NCBI GenBank assembly: GCA_002633005.1
Contig: NMRA01000001.1
Coordinates: 3,579,695-3,643,694, forward strand
DNA: 64,000 nt
Direction of reading: 5' to 3'
Origin: Phoronis australis
Taxonomy: Eukaryota > Animalia > Phoronida
In this document: positions 39,803 through 53,720 of the stretch, piece after piece
Layout: every line of letters starts with the position of its first letter
Position numbering within the stretch: position 1 is the stretch's first letter
The notes under the pieces: generated by a model
Database searches by the model: none
What the model was told of the DNA's origin: nothing
Seen by the model: the letters and a program-made list of their open reading frames with translations, nothing else
Made by a program: the position numbers and the translations under genes

Positions 39803-41220
39803 AATACATATATATGTGGGATAACCTATGTTTAATCTGAGATTTCTGATTAACTGTGCAAGTTCCACAAGCGAGGATTTCTTGCTGCACGTGCATGGCT
39901 AACATGGACATCTAAAATATAAAAGTTTAATATGGTCTTGAGTATACGGAACAAAACCCAAATTACTCTGCAGCAGATCTCACACTTTGTGGAGCTCTGC
40001 AAAGGTAACTACCGAATGTCATAACCGTCACAGTGAATCATTACATCGCTATAACTCATTCCGCGTCAGAACAATTTCTTGGACGCGACAGAACGACGTT
40101 AAAAACCTTCCGTAACGTTCACTCTATCTCCGAGTAACCATATCGAGTTATACCGACCGATCCACTCACTGGTTAGGTGGGATGTCACTACGCACGGGCT
40201 CGTGGTGGCGTCCACGTTCCGTTGGTGGTAAAGTCGACATGGTTACGTCCAACGAGAAGTAGCCCAAACCGTAACTAACACAACTGGCCCCTGTGCCGTA
40301 TCATGTGAAGGAAAACAGGACACTCTGCGTGAGATGGCGGATGTCCACGTTTAGCCGTAAACAGAAAAGGAAAGCAAGTATGAATATGAAGTTTGGCAGT
40401 CTGGGAAAAGTGTTCTCATAAACCGTACAGTATCCATACACAAAAAGCAGACACCGTGCCATGAAATTTAAACGTTAAACTTGTAATAACAAACCTATAT
40501 AAAGTTCAAAATATAACCTGCTCTAATTTTGTGTAAGACCGAAAGACCACCATGAGGTAGTTTCTTGAAGGCGCAAATGACTGTCCTGCAGCTCTAATTG
40601 GGCATAGCAGGCCAAGCTACGTCACACTTCGCATTTTGACATGCGCACAAGTAAACAATGCGATTTTTTATCGAAACTTGGATTTCCAAACTATAGTCCC
40701 ATTTTGATTTTCAGTAGCAAGAAATTGTACGTATTGATTGAACAAAAAGTATGCGTACTAAATTAGTACTGTATGGTTTAACAGACCTGACAACTTTAGC
40801 AAGGAGCTCTCGAATGCAAAAGAAAGTGCTAATCATGTAAATCCTCATAAGCTCAGTCTTGGAAGACTTTCCCAAAATACTTTCATCGAAGGGGGTATCA
40901 CATGGATATCTACGTTCGTTTCAAATGTCTGACCTTGAATCATGTACTTATGAAGGGTGCGTTGGTTAATCTTATTGTAATCGAATCGCGATGCGGGAGC
41001 GACAGGTTTCGAAATCAATACACGACAAGCCCATTTCAATTCGATTCTTAGTCCAAATTTCGCCTTTACGCGCCTTACGATTTGTTTGTATCTTTTGAAG
41101 AGCACTATTGAGATATTGACGAAACAAACATGTCCATTGGCTAGATTGTGTCGTATTTAACATTTTTATCTAAACGTTTAGAATTAGATACAGTTTTTGT
41201 TACTAATTGGAATGGTATAA

Positions 41221-42246
41221 CCTGCGCACACCCAGGAGTGGGGCTCGTATTTGGCGAAGTGGGCAAAAAGGTCCAACTCAGAGAGACAAAAACTCCGAAA
41301 AGAATAGTAGAAAACGAGACAAAAGTCCACTAAAACGTCAGGAACTACCAAAATTTGTCGAATGCATTATTCATAGCTCTGAACGTACCCCGTGAATCTT
41401 AGTAAAACAGTGGCGCATCTAGGATATCACAAGGGGGCCCAACACTGTGTCTTATATACATTTGCGCATAGCACCAAATGGGGGGCAAACCCCCTCCCGC
41501 CCAGGAAAATTTTTCCGTTTTTCCTCTAAAAATCAAGCATTTTCCTCGATTCCTGAAGTATTATCCAAGAAAAAAAAAACACGGAGAACGTGTCAAACTT
41601 GAAAAACTGCAATCACCACAGATTCGAACTCGCAACCTGTGGATAGAGCGCGCGTGCTTTACCACTGCACCACCACGATTTCACTCGAAATTTGATACTA
41701 AGAGACCTACTTGTTTATGGTCCACAACGTTTGCGCGCGATACCTACTTCTTTTTGTAATGCTTATTACACTTTTTATACTTTGTCCAATCAGTTTGTAA
41801 CAAATTTGTTGAATTTAAAATACTCTTCAATTGCCCAAAAGACCAAATTCGTTTTTTGTGTTGGCATTAATGACGCGATTGCTTTGGAAATCGTCTTAAG
41901 TTAAGGTTTGACAAAGAGAGAATTATGAGCTTCTGAGTGATTCACTAAGGCTTCAATTAAAATTCACATCTTACCAACAGCTTCTGTTTTTTCATCGTCA
42001 TTCAGATTCAATTTTCTTTAAAAAATGAAGTAATTTTCTTCATTGCACATTGAAGCTGACGACGGAAACGGAGTCGTGGTGCGAAGCGCCACTGCCGGTC
42101 GCCTTGGATATACCCCCCCCCCTTTTTTCAGCCCTATTATTGTAATTGCCGGGGTTAATTAATAAACTCGACATTTCCCTACGCTCTTGCTCTCTTTTGT
42201 GGCAGCCAAAAATTCGAGCCCCATTTTTAGGCTGGGTGCGCGCATG
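41221..42246 (+). mobile_element. Nested MITE complex: 10018-family MITE interrupted by a cagtggcgc...gcgccactg element (41408-42094)
   Basis: Similarity to 10018-10276 stops at ~41407 and resumes at ~42210; inner element has inverted cagtggcgc ends. Confidence 0.65.
41610..41675 (-). mobile_element. tRNA-derived SINE head
   Basis: Minus strand ggtggtgcagtggtaaagc (A box) ... gagttcgaatc (B box). Confidence 0.6.
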
Positions 42247-43708
42247 TGTAATCACATGTTTCCTCTTCGGATTTTTCGCCCTTTATAAGGTCGTGGAGGT
42301 AGGGATAGTCTGAGAAAAAATGAATTAATTTGATAAACATGAATAGAATCGAATTCCTAAACATGAGCATCGTCCCACCCCCAATAATTATGCAAATATT
42401 CCAGGATATTATTTCCATTTTTGTTTTTCCTTCTCAATTTGTGTTTTTAACAAATCACTAAAATTCATGTTTATATTAGTAGAACCTCTCTCCTTGAGAC
42501 TAACTGCGAGAGTTCGCTTTGTCTGCTCGACTGAGTTTTGCCAAAGTGTTGTTGTTACTAAATCAAGCTTAATTTCATTGTTTCATTTTTATTTTGTCAT
42601 TTTTGGCCATCAAGCCAGACTCTTGGTGTACGGTTCCAGACAACCAACGATTTCTCGGCAAAATTAGTCAAGAACCACGCTAGTCATCAGTGCTGCACAT
42701 AGGCGCAGAAAAACCACCTTTTGCCATTTGAGTTGTTCAAACACGATACGTGGACTTATAAAGTTTTAAAAAACAATTTTGGTTATTTTTGTAAATGGCC
42801 ACTTTTTGCCCCTACACCAGACTCGTCATCTTTTGTTAACATACCACAGCTTTGTGATCATGCTACGTTCAAAATTAGATGAAAATTACCTTTACGCAAT
42901 GAAAATACAAAAAAAATATTAAGCCTAACTTAAATGTTTTCATGGTGCACAGAATTAAGGCCAATTCCACGCGTTAATTTGACTTTTGGACACAGCCCTA
43001 GACCTACCGGAGCCAACTGCTTGCCTAGGATAAGATGAGTATGTGCCTGACCTACCGACCTGATTTTTTAATCAAAATATTTCGCTCGAAGATCAGAAAA
43101 GTATAAACAGTGCTATCGACTAGACCTACATTACTTGGAGAATACAATCAGTTGTGACCTATTTTTCATTTGGCGGAATTCAGCAGACAGCAGAATAAAA
43201 ATATCGGCAAATCTTCACTGATTTTGTTCGAAATATCCTGAAATCTATGGCATCGTACAGATAATTCGACTTTAAGGTAAATACCCAGCTTTACATGAAC
43301 ATGTCGGATCAGTGGCCATGTCAGTTTTCAAGTGAAGGTGAACCCCGTGTGGGGTTCTTTGGATTTTCGTTGGCTCCGAAATACTTTTCCTCGAACACTG
43401 TTTTTTTCATCGTCGCAGTTTTACAAATTCACAAGTCATGAACGTACGATTCTCAGCTGAAAAGTACTGACTGTTGTCTTTGTCAGAGTGTTTTCAGAAA
43501 GTGCAAAAAACCATCAATTCCACCAGAAACGTCGTTTAGCGATTGTGTATTTGCCTCTGACATCTTGCTTGTTTGTTGGTTGTCACGTCACTTTTCGCAA
43601 GGAGGCGGAGCTTGCGATATGTCAATTCGTCGAACAGCCTTATTAATAGCTCGCTGCAGTTTCGAGTGGCGTCATCCGCGCTATGGATTTGCGATGGTCA
43701 CATGGATA

Positions 43709-43832
43709 ATGTATTGTCGAAAGTTGCATGGGTTGCGCGCAAAATGCATGTTATTTTGCGTCGTTCTATTATTTGTTTCTACATTACTATGGATATCAAG
43801 CTATATGGTTCCTGTTGAAGTCGGTACACAAG
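43709..43832 (+). CDS. Carbohydrate sulfotransferase exon 1 (cytoplasmic tail and type II signal anchor)
   Basis: MYCRKLHGLRAKCMLFCVVLLFVSTLLWISSYMVPVEVGTQ, donor G|gtaatg phase 1 joins 45601 in frame (GAC); alternative in-frame ATG at 43694. Confidence 0.75.
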
Positions 43833-45600
43833 GTAATGAGTAAGAAAGGGGGTTAATAAGGACTGATATCCAGTGTTTGAACCATGCAATCCCCGTTTCC
43901 TGAAATTCTTCAAACTTACAGCGCGGACGGAAATTTGACTAACGCACTGTATATGCGCGTACTTAGGCTATAAGCCGATATTCGAAGCTGCCACAAAGTA
44001 GACCTGATTAAGACGCATGCCCTTGTACGCAAAATACTCGAAGAAATTCATGGTTTAAGTTTCTATAACAGCATCTTGATTTGGTTTGATTTATCAGGTT
44101 ATTACAATATTAACCGTTTAAACGAAATATTCTGAGACGGGACAAAAGACTCACAAAAACCGACAGTCAGATGCGTGTAAGTGTACACAAAGGTTAGACC
44201 CCTCTATCGGCCTGGATATGAGGCACTTGGGCAAAAATAATTTCTCAAGATACACTACCCGCTTCAGTTTAGCTAAAAACTTCATGAAATGGAGTTTAAC
44301 GCAGCTTAGATTAGTTGAAGCTTAAGCCCAAATAATGCTCTTTCAAAGCAATTCCAAATATTTTCAATCTTAATTGAATTTATCACGGAATTTTTAGTTC
44401 AAAATTTTCAGTTTTAGTAGAGCACCATCAATTGAAATGACCGCTGTGGTGAGTGATAGCTGACTCATGCATTATGGGTTATCACTCAACTGTGAAAAGT
44501 CGTAAAAATTTCCTGCTCGTTTTCCCGTGGTTTACATAAATATAAATAGATTATTACATGGCGAAGTTGTTACCCCCCGTAATCTAGAGCCCGTCTGCCC
44601 GAGTGAATTTTGGAGAATTATCTCCCGAGGGGCGAGGAGTTGTGGTTTGCAGTAGTTGTGACATTTGAGCACGCTGTGGCTCTTCACTTTTCCGCGGGAC
44701 ATCAGAAAAGCGCGGAAATGACACATTTCTATACAAGAAACTCGTTCTATGGGTGTGTCCATCGGGAGTGTGTTCCGTAGCTGGGTAAGGTTTTTGCTGC
44801 AAAAACGAGATACCAGAAGACACGCAAGAAAGGCGAGTGTTTCGCGAGTATGCTCGAGGTCTTACAAGCGTGAAGTGAACTTCGAATGTTGAGTTACGGA
44901 TATGATTCATAAATTGCAGGATAGAATTCACCGTTTCCAATCCATATAAGCGAAGAGTTTTCGCCACAAGTGCACTGCAAGCCAAAGCCTTGAGTCTACA
45001 GAACGCAGATGAGATAATATGTCCGTATCCAAACCATCTTTCTTTCCAGAATTACCTAATGGACATGCTTGGTACATTAAAATAGCTGTGTACACAAATA
45101 CAAAAACTTGAGATTTCAATTATGTTGATAATATTGTTTTTGTTAAAGGGCTTTATCGTTTTTACGGTCGAAAAAAACGCAGTTTTGGGATTATCACTGA
45201 ATGGGATAGAATTTTTTGAAGCTATTAGCTTCAACTAAAGATATAAACAATACAATCCATAGATTTTATTGCAAAATGTCAATTATCGCCGTTGTCCGGC
45301 TGCCAGACTTCGCTGAAGTCAAAGCCGATGACGCAAAATATTCATCGAAAAGTATTACACTTCTATTTAGATCTCCAACTGTCGTCTAGTTGGTCTTAAC
45401 CTGTGCTCAACTCTCATGAGAAATGATTTCTCGGCGTCACAAAATTTAAAGTTCGTTATTCAGTGCTGAAGACTATAGTCAGCGTATAAATATCATCCTT
45501 GTCAAGATTTCTGTTTCAAGCGAGGCAAACTGTCATTTTTCCAAATCCTAGAAATAACTTCAAATCTGAGTTAAGTGTAAGAGTTGCATTATTTTTGCAG

Positions 45601-46460
45601 ACACAAAGATGGTCCAGAGATATGTGCTCAGACAACACGAAGTGAAGCGACAGTGTCAACGTTTTCCATACCTGGCCAAACGCCCTTTGGATCGCAGTCA
45701 ACTTGGCCGGCTTGTAGTAGACGATCAACACCGCATCATTGGGTGCCTTGTCCCAAAAGTGGCCAGTACAAACTGGAAACGAGTTTTCCTCATTCTTCGA
45801 GGGGAAAACAAATCGGAAGTGCAGAGCATGTCGCGCAAGCGCGTCTACCACAAGTACCGTATGAACAGTATGAACACACTCGAACAGTTCCGTGGAGATC
45901 ATGCAGCTATTCAGTACAGACTGAATAACTACTTCAAATTTGTGATTGTGAGAGATCACTGGGACCGCCTCTTGTCATGTTTTCGTGACAAATATGAAAA
46001 CAACAGCGTCAATGATCCCGGTTTTCGAAGCAACGCGGGAATTAGCAGCATAAGGCATTATTCGAGCGCACATCAACCGACGTTTCAAGGGTTTCTTAAT
46101 TTTATAATCAATGACCGGAAGAGTTTGAAGCGCCCGTCAGCCTATCCCGAAAACGTACATTGGGTGCAGTTTTACAAGCTGTGCAATCCGTGCGCTATTT
46201 CTTTTGACGTTATTGGGAAGTACGACTCGTTTGCAGACGATTCAAATTACATTTTGAAGCGAGCTAACATTTCGAACATTATAGGTCGATTTCCTAAAAA
46301 CCAATCATCACGGGAAGTAAGAACTACAAAAAGATCAAGTCGTGACTTAATTTTTGAGTACTACAAGCATATAAACAACACAGTTATCGATCAAATTGCT
46401 CGTCTGTATCGAGAAGATATCGAAATTTTCAATCTCAAAAGAAAACCATATCATTTTTAA
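45601..46460 (+). CDS. Carbohydrate sulfotransferase (Sulfotransfer_2, CHST8-14/HNK-1ST family) catalytic exon
   Basis: Acceptor atttttgcag; 5'-PSB VPKVASTNWK, 3'-PB VRDHWDRLLSCFRDK, HW motif, LCNPC..FDVIGKYDSF, LYREDIEIF. Confidence 0.95.
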
Positions 46461-47779
46461 TACTCTCTGCAACCGAGACAATCCCAGAAAAAAATAGTCA
46501 TACGAATGTTGTCTAAAAACCCTTAATTGACAAATTGGCCTCAATAAGACAGATGGTTTAAAATGAAATGAAAATGAAATTCAGTAAATTTAATAACAAA
46601 TTAATTTTAAACATCATTTCCGTCGTTACATCTTTTGAAATTCAAAATTACAAATAGGTTTTATTAGGTATGTTGAAATTTTGGTTATGACATGGTCGAG
46701 GCATGATCAAAGTGAAGATCATTCACGAGACCGAAATCAAACATTTTGACATATTTCATCTTGTTTCTTTGCCCGGACTAGATGTCTTTCATGCGTAGGA
46801 ATACACGTTATGAAACCTTCGTCCACATAATGTATGTATGTCAAAAGAAAAACAACAGAGCAGACTAGGTCGATAATTTCTACTTTCTCAAATTTCAAAC
46901 TAGCAGAGATAAAAACAAGGTAAACACACGTTTAAAACTTGTCGAACTGTTTTTGACAACTAACGAACTGGAATTACAGCGAATTCGGGTGTAAAGAAGT
47001 TAACGCTAACACAAGCCATCTGACTCAATCGGACGGCCGAGAGTGAGCAGACGATATTGATAACATTTCAAAAAAGGATGTTTGCATATTTTCCTGGGAA
47101 TTTATTTAGCTGTTTTATTTCGATTTGGTTTAATGCATACTATTGTTTTTATCAAAACTGGTAAACGAGTATTGTCGCTATCCCAATAATCGAGTTCGCC
47201 AAACGAGTGACCTAGATTTCATTTGTGACTTGCGTCGATCAAAAACTTCCTTTTATCGGATCATTCTTGCTTTATATTGCGTGGATTTATCCAACGTTTT
47301 GGATATTACTGTGAAGTATGATTACAATATATATGTTAGCTTTCGTTCATTTGTTTTTTTTTTTATTTTATTCTGTCGGTAAGCGTAGTATTTACGTTTT
47401 TTTCAGTTAAACAGATGTTGACCCTCATAAGTGGGATTTCTGACACACTGATCCAGTTCACTGAAAGTAGTAACTTAATTAGTCAGTAGTTATTTTCTAG
47501 TAGACCAGTTTTTTCGCAACCCACAACCACCTCGACCCAGTTTACAGGCAAGCTCAGCTCAATCTGAACCTAGAACAAGCGCTGAATTGCTGTGAGCTCG
47601 GCTGGCTGTTTCCTGTTTTTTGCAATTCAGAGAATCGATTCCGCCAGTTTGAAAGCCAAAAAAAGCAGAAAAAACAACGTGAGCAAATCAAATCAAAGAC
47701 CTATCAACATTACAAATCGTCTCGTTCCCGGCAGAGTGTAATCAATCCCGCCAAAAACCTTTCAAATAATAACTGAAAC

Positions 47780-48190
47780 AATGCCTTTTGCTTCATGAAT
47801 GGCAGCAACAACGCCTGTGAAAAGAATTAAATTATGTCTTTGTTTTAATGACGTCAAGGCAGCAGCCGATCATTGCGCAAGAGGTATTTCCCATAACCAA
47901 GCCTGGCTTGTTAAAGCGCTACCTGAAATCGCTGCCAATTTCTCAGTCGCTACCCAGCAATGCGCAATTGCAACAGGGTGCCCCCATCTTGAAGAAGAGT
48001 GCAGTAACAGCCGAGTAAGTGGTCTATTTTCATTCTCAACACGTTCACGAATACAAACAAACCACATTCACTGACCCTATATGCAAAGCGCACCTACAAA
48101 TACCCCAAGCCTGGCCTATCCCTAGATTATAATATTTTGAGAGGTCAATTGGTCGCGGCCGCAGTCTAACTGTTCAGCGCCACCTTATCT
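47780..48190 (+). repeat. Dispersed repeat joining the fragments seen at 12754-12880 and 30727-31010
   Basis: Direct sequence matches, e.g. gctacctgaaatcgc.gccaatttctcagt.gctac.cagcaatgc and gcagtctaactgttcag.gccacct. Confidence 0.8.
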
Positions 48191-49291
48191 ACGCGGCTAA
48201 GTGAACTTCCGTCATGAGACAAATCATTCTCCAGTTTAAAGGTCACGTGACTTCTAGTTTGAATGAAGTCCGCACATGCGCAGTTAACGGTCATTCGAGA
48301 GGAAATAACGCAAGGTGTTCTGGATATGCCCGTGCAGGCAGATGTGTACCACGACTCAAGGCTAGTAGAAATCGGGAAACGGGGCGAGGAATTCCGGAGC
48401 AACACAACTTGTCCAGCACATGTTTGTAAAAAGTATTCACAGCAACAGAAGGTATCTTCTAGGACTTCCAGATAATTGCGACCCGATCAGGTCACTAACA
48501 CTGACGACAGCGTTGCTCGGAGGCAATCTTGGTATTTCTGGCCTTAAAGTCCTTGTCTCACGCGTTGTTAACCCTTATTACATGTTTAGAAAATGTTATA
48601 AGGATCCAAGAAGTACCTACCCCATAACTAATACACGATCCGTACTCGAAAACAGTTTAAATGAACGCGCCACTCACGATTCGCACCCGAAGAAACACCG
48701 CCATTTTGAACTTGCCGCGAACCCGGAAGTACAATTCATTCAGGAACCCAGGCCGAGAAAACGCCGTCAGTGCGACTGGAGCAGTGCCTGTACTGTTACC
48801 AGCCAGCAAACGGGGATAAAAAAATCGACAGCGCGCCTTAATTTTGATAAAATCAAACTACGGACAATTTTATGGAATTTGCTGAAGAAATGTGGCGAAT
48901 AAATTTTGACAGAAATTATTTTGCCAGACTCGGGACCGCAGCCTATCGGACCCGGTGCGGATCGAGACCAGACACTGGCGAACGGTAAATGCATGCGGTT
49001 GCAAGCTGTTTTGTCGAAGTAAAATGGTCAAATGATAAATGCTGCATATATTCAAAGGTAGTTTCAGACACTTGCATGAAATTACGGGCTGGTTAGTCCT
49101 GTGTCACACTGCTGCCCACAAACACAAAAAACACGAAAATTGAACAAAGTTTCTTTTTTGTAGCAACGTTTGTCAAAATGTATCAACGTTAAATCTTCAC
49201 AAATTACAAAGTAGCCGATTGAACATGCCTTTCAGTTCAGCAAAAGTCGACATTGTAGGTGCCGCCAGAAATGAGACGATCGAAGTCCAAC

Positions 49292-50097
49292 GGGAATTGT
49301 GAGCACATTTATCACTTAATGAGTAACAACTGCGAGGCTGAAATTTGGTGAACACTGCTAAATCGTGCAGAATAGTAAGTAAAGATATGTCTAACTAAAT
49401 TTTACCGTAATTTGTTGGCGAAAACAATTTACACAAAGTTTTAAACTCGTAACTCATCCCGCTGTCCTCCAATATGGCCGACGCGATCCAAACAAAGTGA
49501 CCCAAATTTCGCCACAAAACTTGCAATAACTTTACAGTGCTTGCCCCGATTTTGATACTTTTTCGATTTTTACTGAGTAGAATGTACTACCTTTCCGATG
49601 ATAGCAAAGTACTTTTTCAAAACGAGGAAAAAAATAAAACCGAAAAAAAATTGGTTCGACCCATATTGGTTCCTAGGTTCGACCGGCCTACGTAAGGAAC
49701 TAAACACCAATGCTATTTTAACATACTAAGTACGCGTAACATTCCAAAAAAATCAACGACCACTAACTACAAACTATAAATACACTACATATGCAAACGA
49801 ATCACGATATATTACTAATAAAACAAAATAATGAAGACTTTTCGAGCAAGCCATAGCACATTCAGTTACAAGGAAAAAATGGCGGCGTTCAGGACAAGTT
49901 CCTGAACTGATGAGCCGGAAATGTGGGTACGGAAATAACCGATGACAACCGGTAATCATACGCTCAGAGAGAAGGGTCAAATACTGTTAAAAAATCGCTT
50001 TTGGCAAGAAAGGCGAAAAGAATATAAAGAAAGGGTGTCGAAAATACGAATTTATGTAGTAAGTATTTTCGGATACTAGAACCACATGGGCAGTTTG
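49292..50097 (+). repeat. Dispersed repeat, copy B of 1-788
   Basis: Colinear match; ORFs 445-672 and 49774-49980 translate almost identically. Confidence 0.92.
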
Positions 50098-50867
50098 CAA
50101 CAAGGACTTTAATTAAGGACTTTTTGAGCTGGAACCTGTAGTTCAAGCGCTGTGCTCCAACCACTGACCTTTGAACTTAACAAAATAGGCAGACGGGGTA
50201 CTGCCTACTGTAACTATACTTTGGTCACAAGATGCCGCCTCCCTTCCATCCGGGTATTGCAAGAACGATTTATTTGATTAATAGGTGATGTTTCCAACTT
50301 AATAAACAAACTGCAAGAGAATATGCATTTCACTAAGTTAAGATTAATGTTTCATCATGTAGGTCAGCTCACTTGATTCTTAATTATACAAAATTATGGT
50401 TTTGGTTGAGCCATTGGCATTCACTAGTACAGTACGCATGTCTGTTTTTCTTTTCCGGCTGACCTCTCGTTAACCACATAGTTCATCAAGTAAAGTCTGA
50501 CTCAGTCTAATACTCACAATGCCCAGTTTTTTCATCTTTTCATCACGATGTAGAGGAAAGAAAGCTTTCGATGGGTGGCTTGCAAAGCTGTTTCGATTCC
50601 AAGATATTCTCTTCTAAAGGATAGCATTGGTTCCAGACAGAGGAATCCAGTGTGTCGATACATGCCGGCAAGTTCGCCCTGCATACTTTATCGAACATTC
50701 ACACTATCACCCAAAACTGCTCAACCATGCACTCCAACAACAACATGCGGGCTCAAGCGTGCAGAAATAATTGTTGACTGAAGCGTTAACAAATAACGAC
50801 ACAGAGGAAAAAGGGCGGTCATCACATAAAACATCTCGAAGGTCTTGTTTGAAGCTAAGGTTTCATA

Positions 50868-51920
50868 CCGCTGCTCTCCGATACCTATGTTCCCCTCCCT
50901 CCCTATGTTCCACAACCGATGTTCCAAATCTCGTTATGCCCCTCCCCCCGTCGCTATGACCCCAGCAATTTTGTTTTCCCTTCCTGATGCCCTCCCCTTG
51001 ACCCCCTGTTCTCCTCCGGCCTTATGGTCGCCCGTCCTGTTTTTTCTCCGTCCCGATGTTACCCCGTCTCGATTGTTCCCGCGCCAAAATGCTCCCCCGA
51101 GAACCTATGTTCTTTTGTTTTGACGTTCGCTCGGCCCTACTCATATTTTCGGTACACCTGGAGTCAAAATTTTTGTTTTGTCTATTTTATTGCTAATTAA
51201 GGTTGAAGGTCATACGGCTGAAAAGTCCGCCAATCATAAGCATTCTCAGGATGGGATTTTAACTCCTAGAGTAAGTCCAAAAGAGAAAAGCGCATGCTGG
51301 CATTGACCTATCGCAAGGATTTTCAGTGATGGCTTAACCGACCAATCAGAAAGCAGCATTCTTGACACATCTTCGTTTCCAAGTCGTCATTTTACCAGAC
51401 AAACAACACCTTGAAGGGTAAAACTTATAGTTTGTCGACCTTTCGCAAGGTAGCGGAGCTTGCGACAGGTCAGTTGTAATGCTTAGAAGAGCAAGAGGAT
51501 ATTCGGCAATGGCGCTTTTATCGAGCTGCGGGCGCTTTTCAGTATCGCTGTTCTTCATTTTGACAGCAATCTTTAATAAAATGCTTAGCTTGATTCTCCA
51601 TAAGCATCAACCATTATAATCTTAAGCACCCCCTGTGCAAGACGCAAGCACAAAGAAGTGGCATACATTATGCGTTTTTTGTCTGAACGTGAAGTGTTTT
51701 TCTTCATTACCGTTTATATGCCTAGGCTCGTGTACCTGAGGCGCACCAGAACACCACCTTTTAAATGCAGAAATTCAATTAACGAGTATGGGGATATCGG
51801 AACGGGGTAACCTTGGGACGGAGGAACATAGGAACAGGGGAACATGGGGGCGGAGGAACATCGGTTAGGCAACATAAAAGCGGGACGCCATAGGGATCGG
51901 GGAACAGTGAGCCCACCCGA
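50868..51920. mobile_element. Foldback-like element with (cctatgttccc)-type modular arms
   Basis: Left arm C-rich ctccgatacctatgttcccc.../ccgatgttcc; right arm ggaacatagg/ggaacatcgg/gggatcggggaacag; middle 51300-51480 is repeated at 53790-53968. Confidence 0.65.
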
Positions 51921-52037
51921 AAGCAATTAGTGAGACAGAAAATTCAATTTACCACATTCAAGACCTGTGTCATGGTACTCTTTCCAGAAATGTATATTCT
52001 TAAGGTATTTGAGACATTAAAGTTAACTAAAACTCAC

Positions 52038-52211
52038 CATGACAAAAAGTAGTGTCACTCCAAGTTCCAGACGGAAGGCAGACTGTTTTGATACAAATAT
52101 TTTCTTGGTTATAAGAGGCCATGTACAGAAGAGTGCCGTTTCGCGAAAACATCACGGTTTTCGCAACGAATTGCATACCAGTCAATACAGGAGGTGGGCT
52201 ACATGTGGTCA
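52038..52211 (-). CDS. Lectin/Sushi/WSC mosaic gene: divergent Sushi-like exon (last exon identified)
   Basis: tgtttcag|..G|gtgagt, phase 1-1; VTTCSPPPVLTG...TVCLPSGTWSDTTFCH. Confidence 0.8.
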
Positions 52212-53229
52212 CTGAAACATAATATATTTCTATTCAAGTACATTGCATAAAAACCTGCGAACGTCGAAATGAAGAATGCGGAGCACCTGTGTCCTGTTTC
52301 GTGAAACTTGATTTCAATTTTAAATATTTTGAAGCTAAATCCCGTTCTAATTACTGCTTGAAATCGTCAAAGATGCCAGTAAAAACATGTCAAACATGAC
52401 TTTTAAGCAAATTTCCTCGCCATCATAACATCGGTTTTCAAAATTCATTCTGTACGTAAGAGATGATTTGCAGTAACCACGCCCATCTTGAATTCCCCTC
52501 TTCTTTTACGAATATAGAAAAAAACATTTGTGCGACTGATCGTTTCCGAAAGGTCAAATCGCGTAATACCCTTTTGAGTTCAGTCGGATAATAAAGAACG
52601 ATTCATGGCAATCCAACCGTTCTTTTCAGCAGTGGAACTCACTATACAACAGTAAAACTAAGTACTGAATTAAGTTTTCTCAATGTCCTCGGATATAAGG
52701 AATCCGTATGAGACCCTGGTGATGTGAGAGCCTGAACCGGTGGCCACAGTTTTCATCTTTCCTCCGCTATCAAATTCAATAAGCATATCCACCTGTTCGA
52801 TATGGCGTCATTTTAGTCCCAGAAAAATAAAATTGAAATGCGAAAATTAAAAAGCGGTAATAATAATTAGGCCAGATTTCACGTAGCGCTTTAATTATTA
52901 AGCACTTTGAAATTTATTACCAGGCTATGGGCCCAGTCAGTTTTAATCTTTTTCAATTCTACCGTAGCGTTCAATGGATGCAACTGTTGTCGATGCATAT
53001 TGATTAATTCAAACACATAATTTCGTTTAATTTTTCAAGCAATAAAATATCCTCGTCGTTACCTGACTATGTGATGTGACTGCATTTTTATTCCTATTTG
53101 CAGGTCCAAATCGAGCCCTAATAGTGGCAGACGCGTCATCGCTAAACACCAGTATGCTTACGAAAAGATTAAGGACAGAGCACGTGTTTGAATTTGGATG
53201 TATAAGTCTCTAATTTCAAAATACAAATG

Positions 53230-53720
53230 TGGATGACGAATGCAATAATCATTCACATCTCTTTCACCATCTCTTTACCGTCTTCGGTGTTTGCTGGTGT
53301 GCCTACTGCAACAGAACTTCCCTGCCTATCACCTTTGAGAGTACAGGAGAGGCCAGCGATCTTGCTTCTGCAACGTGTGTCGCTGCATGCCTGTCCTGCA
53401 CTGCAGCTACAGCTAACTACGTCAAGCCCAGCATGCGTGCAACAGGTGTTGTTGAAGAGACCAGTGTTACCACATCCATAATGGCAATAAATGTAAGTCT
53501 CTACGATGTATGTCGGTGGTCATCTGCTTTTCCCAGCAAAATCTGAAGGTATGCTCAGCCGAGCACATGCAAATAGACGTTGGTTTCCGTTGGTGGCATT
53601 TGGTGGAGACATTTTGGCCCACGGTAGAAGAGAACACGGGCGTTGCCCGTTGTTTGACAATTATCCTGCCCATGTGTAGTTAAGAAGAATGCATATGCAG
53701 TTTCCATAACCTCAGAGACT
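53230..53720 (-). pseudogene. Relic of CXC-tailed transposon ORF (same broad family as the 9251-12338 ORF)
   Basis: Frameshifted MPPTETNVYLHVL..AYLQILL.K.. followed by DVVSCSCSAGQACSDTRCRSKIAGLSCT. Confidence 0.65.

Noticed and set aside
48420-48902. 160-aa plus-strand ORF
   Set aside because: No motifs or splice context; lies among repeats
50516-50680. Next or last exon of the mosaic gene
   Set aside because: No frame gives a recognisable domain with a convincing phase-1 acceptor
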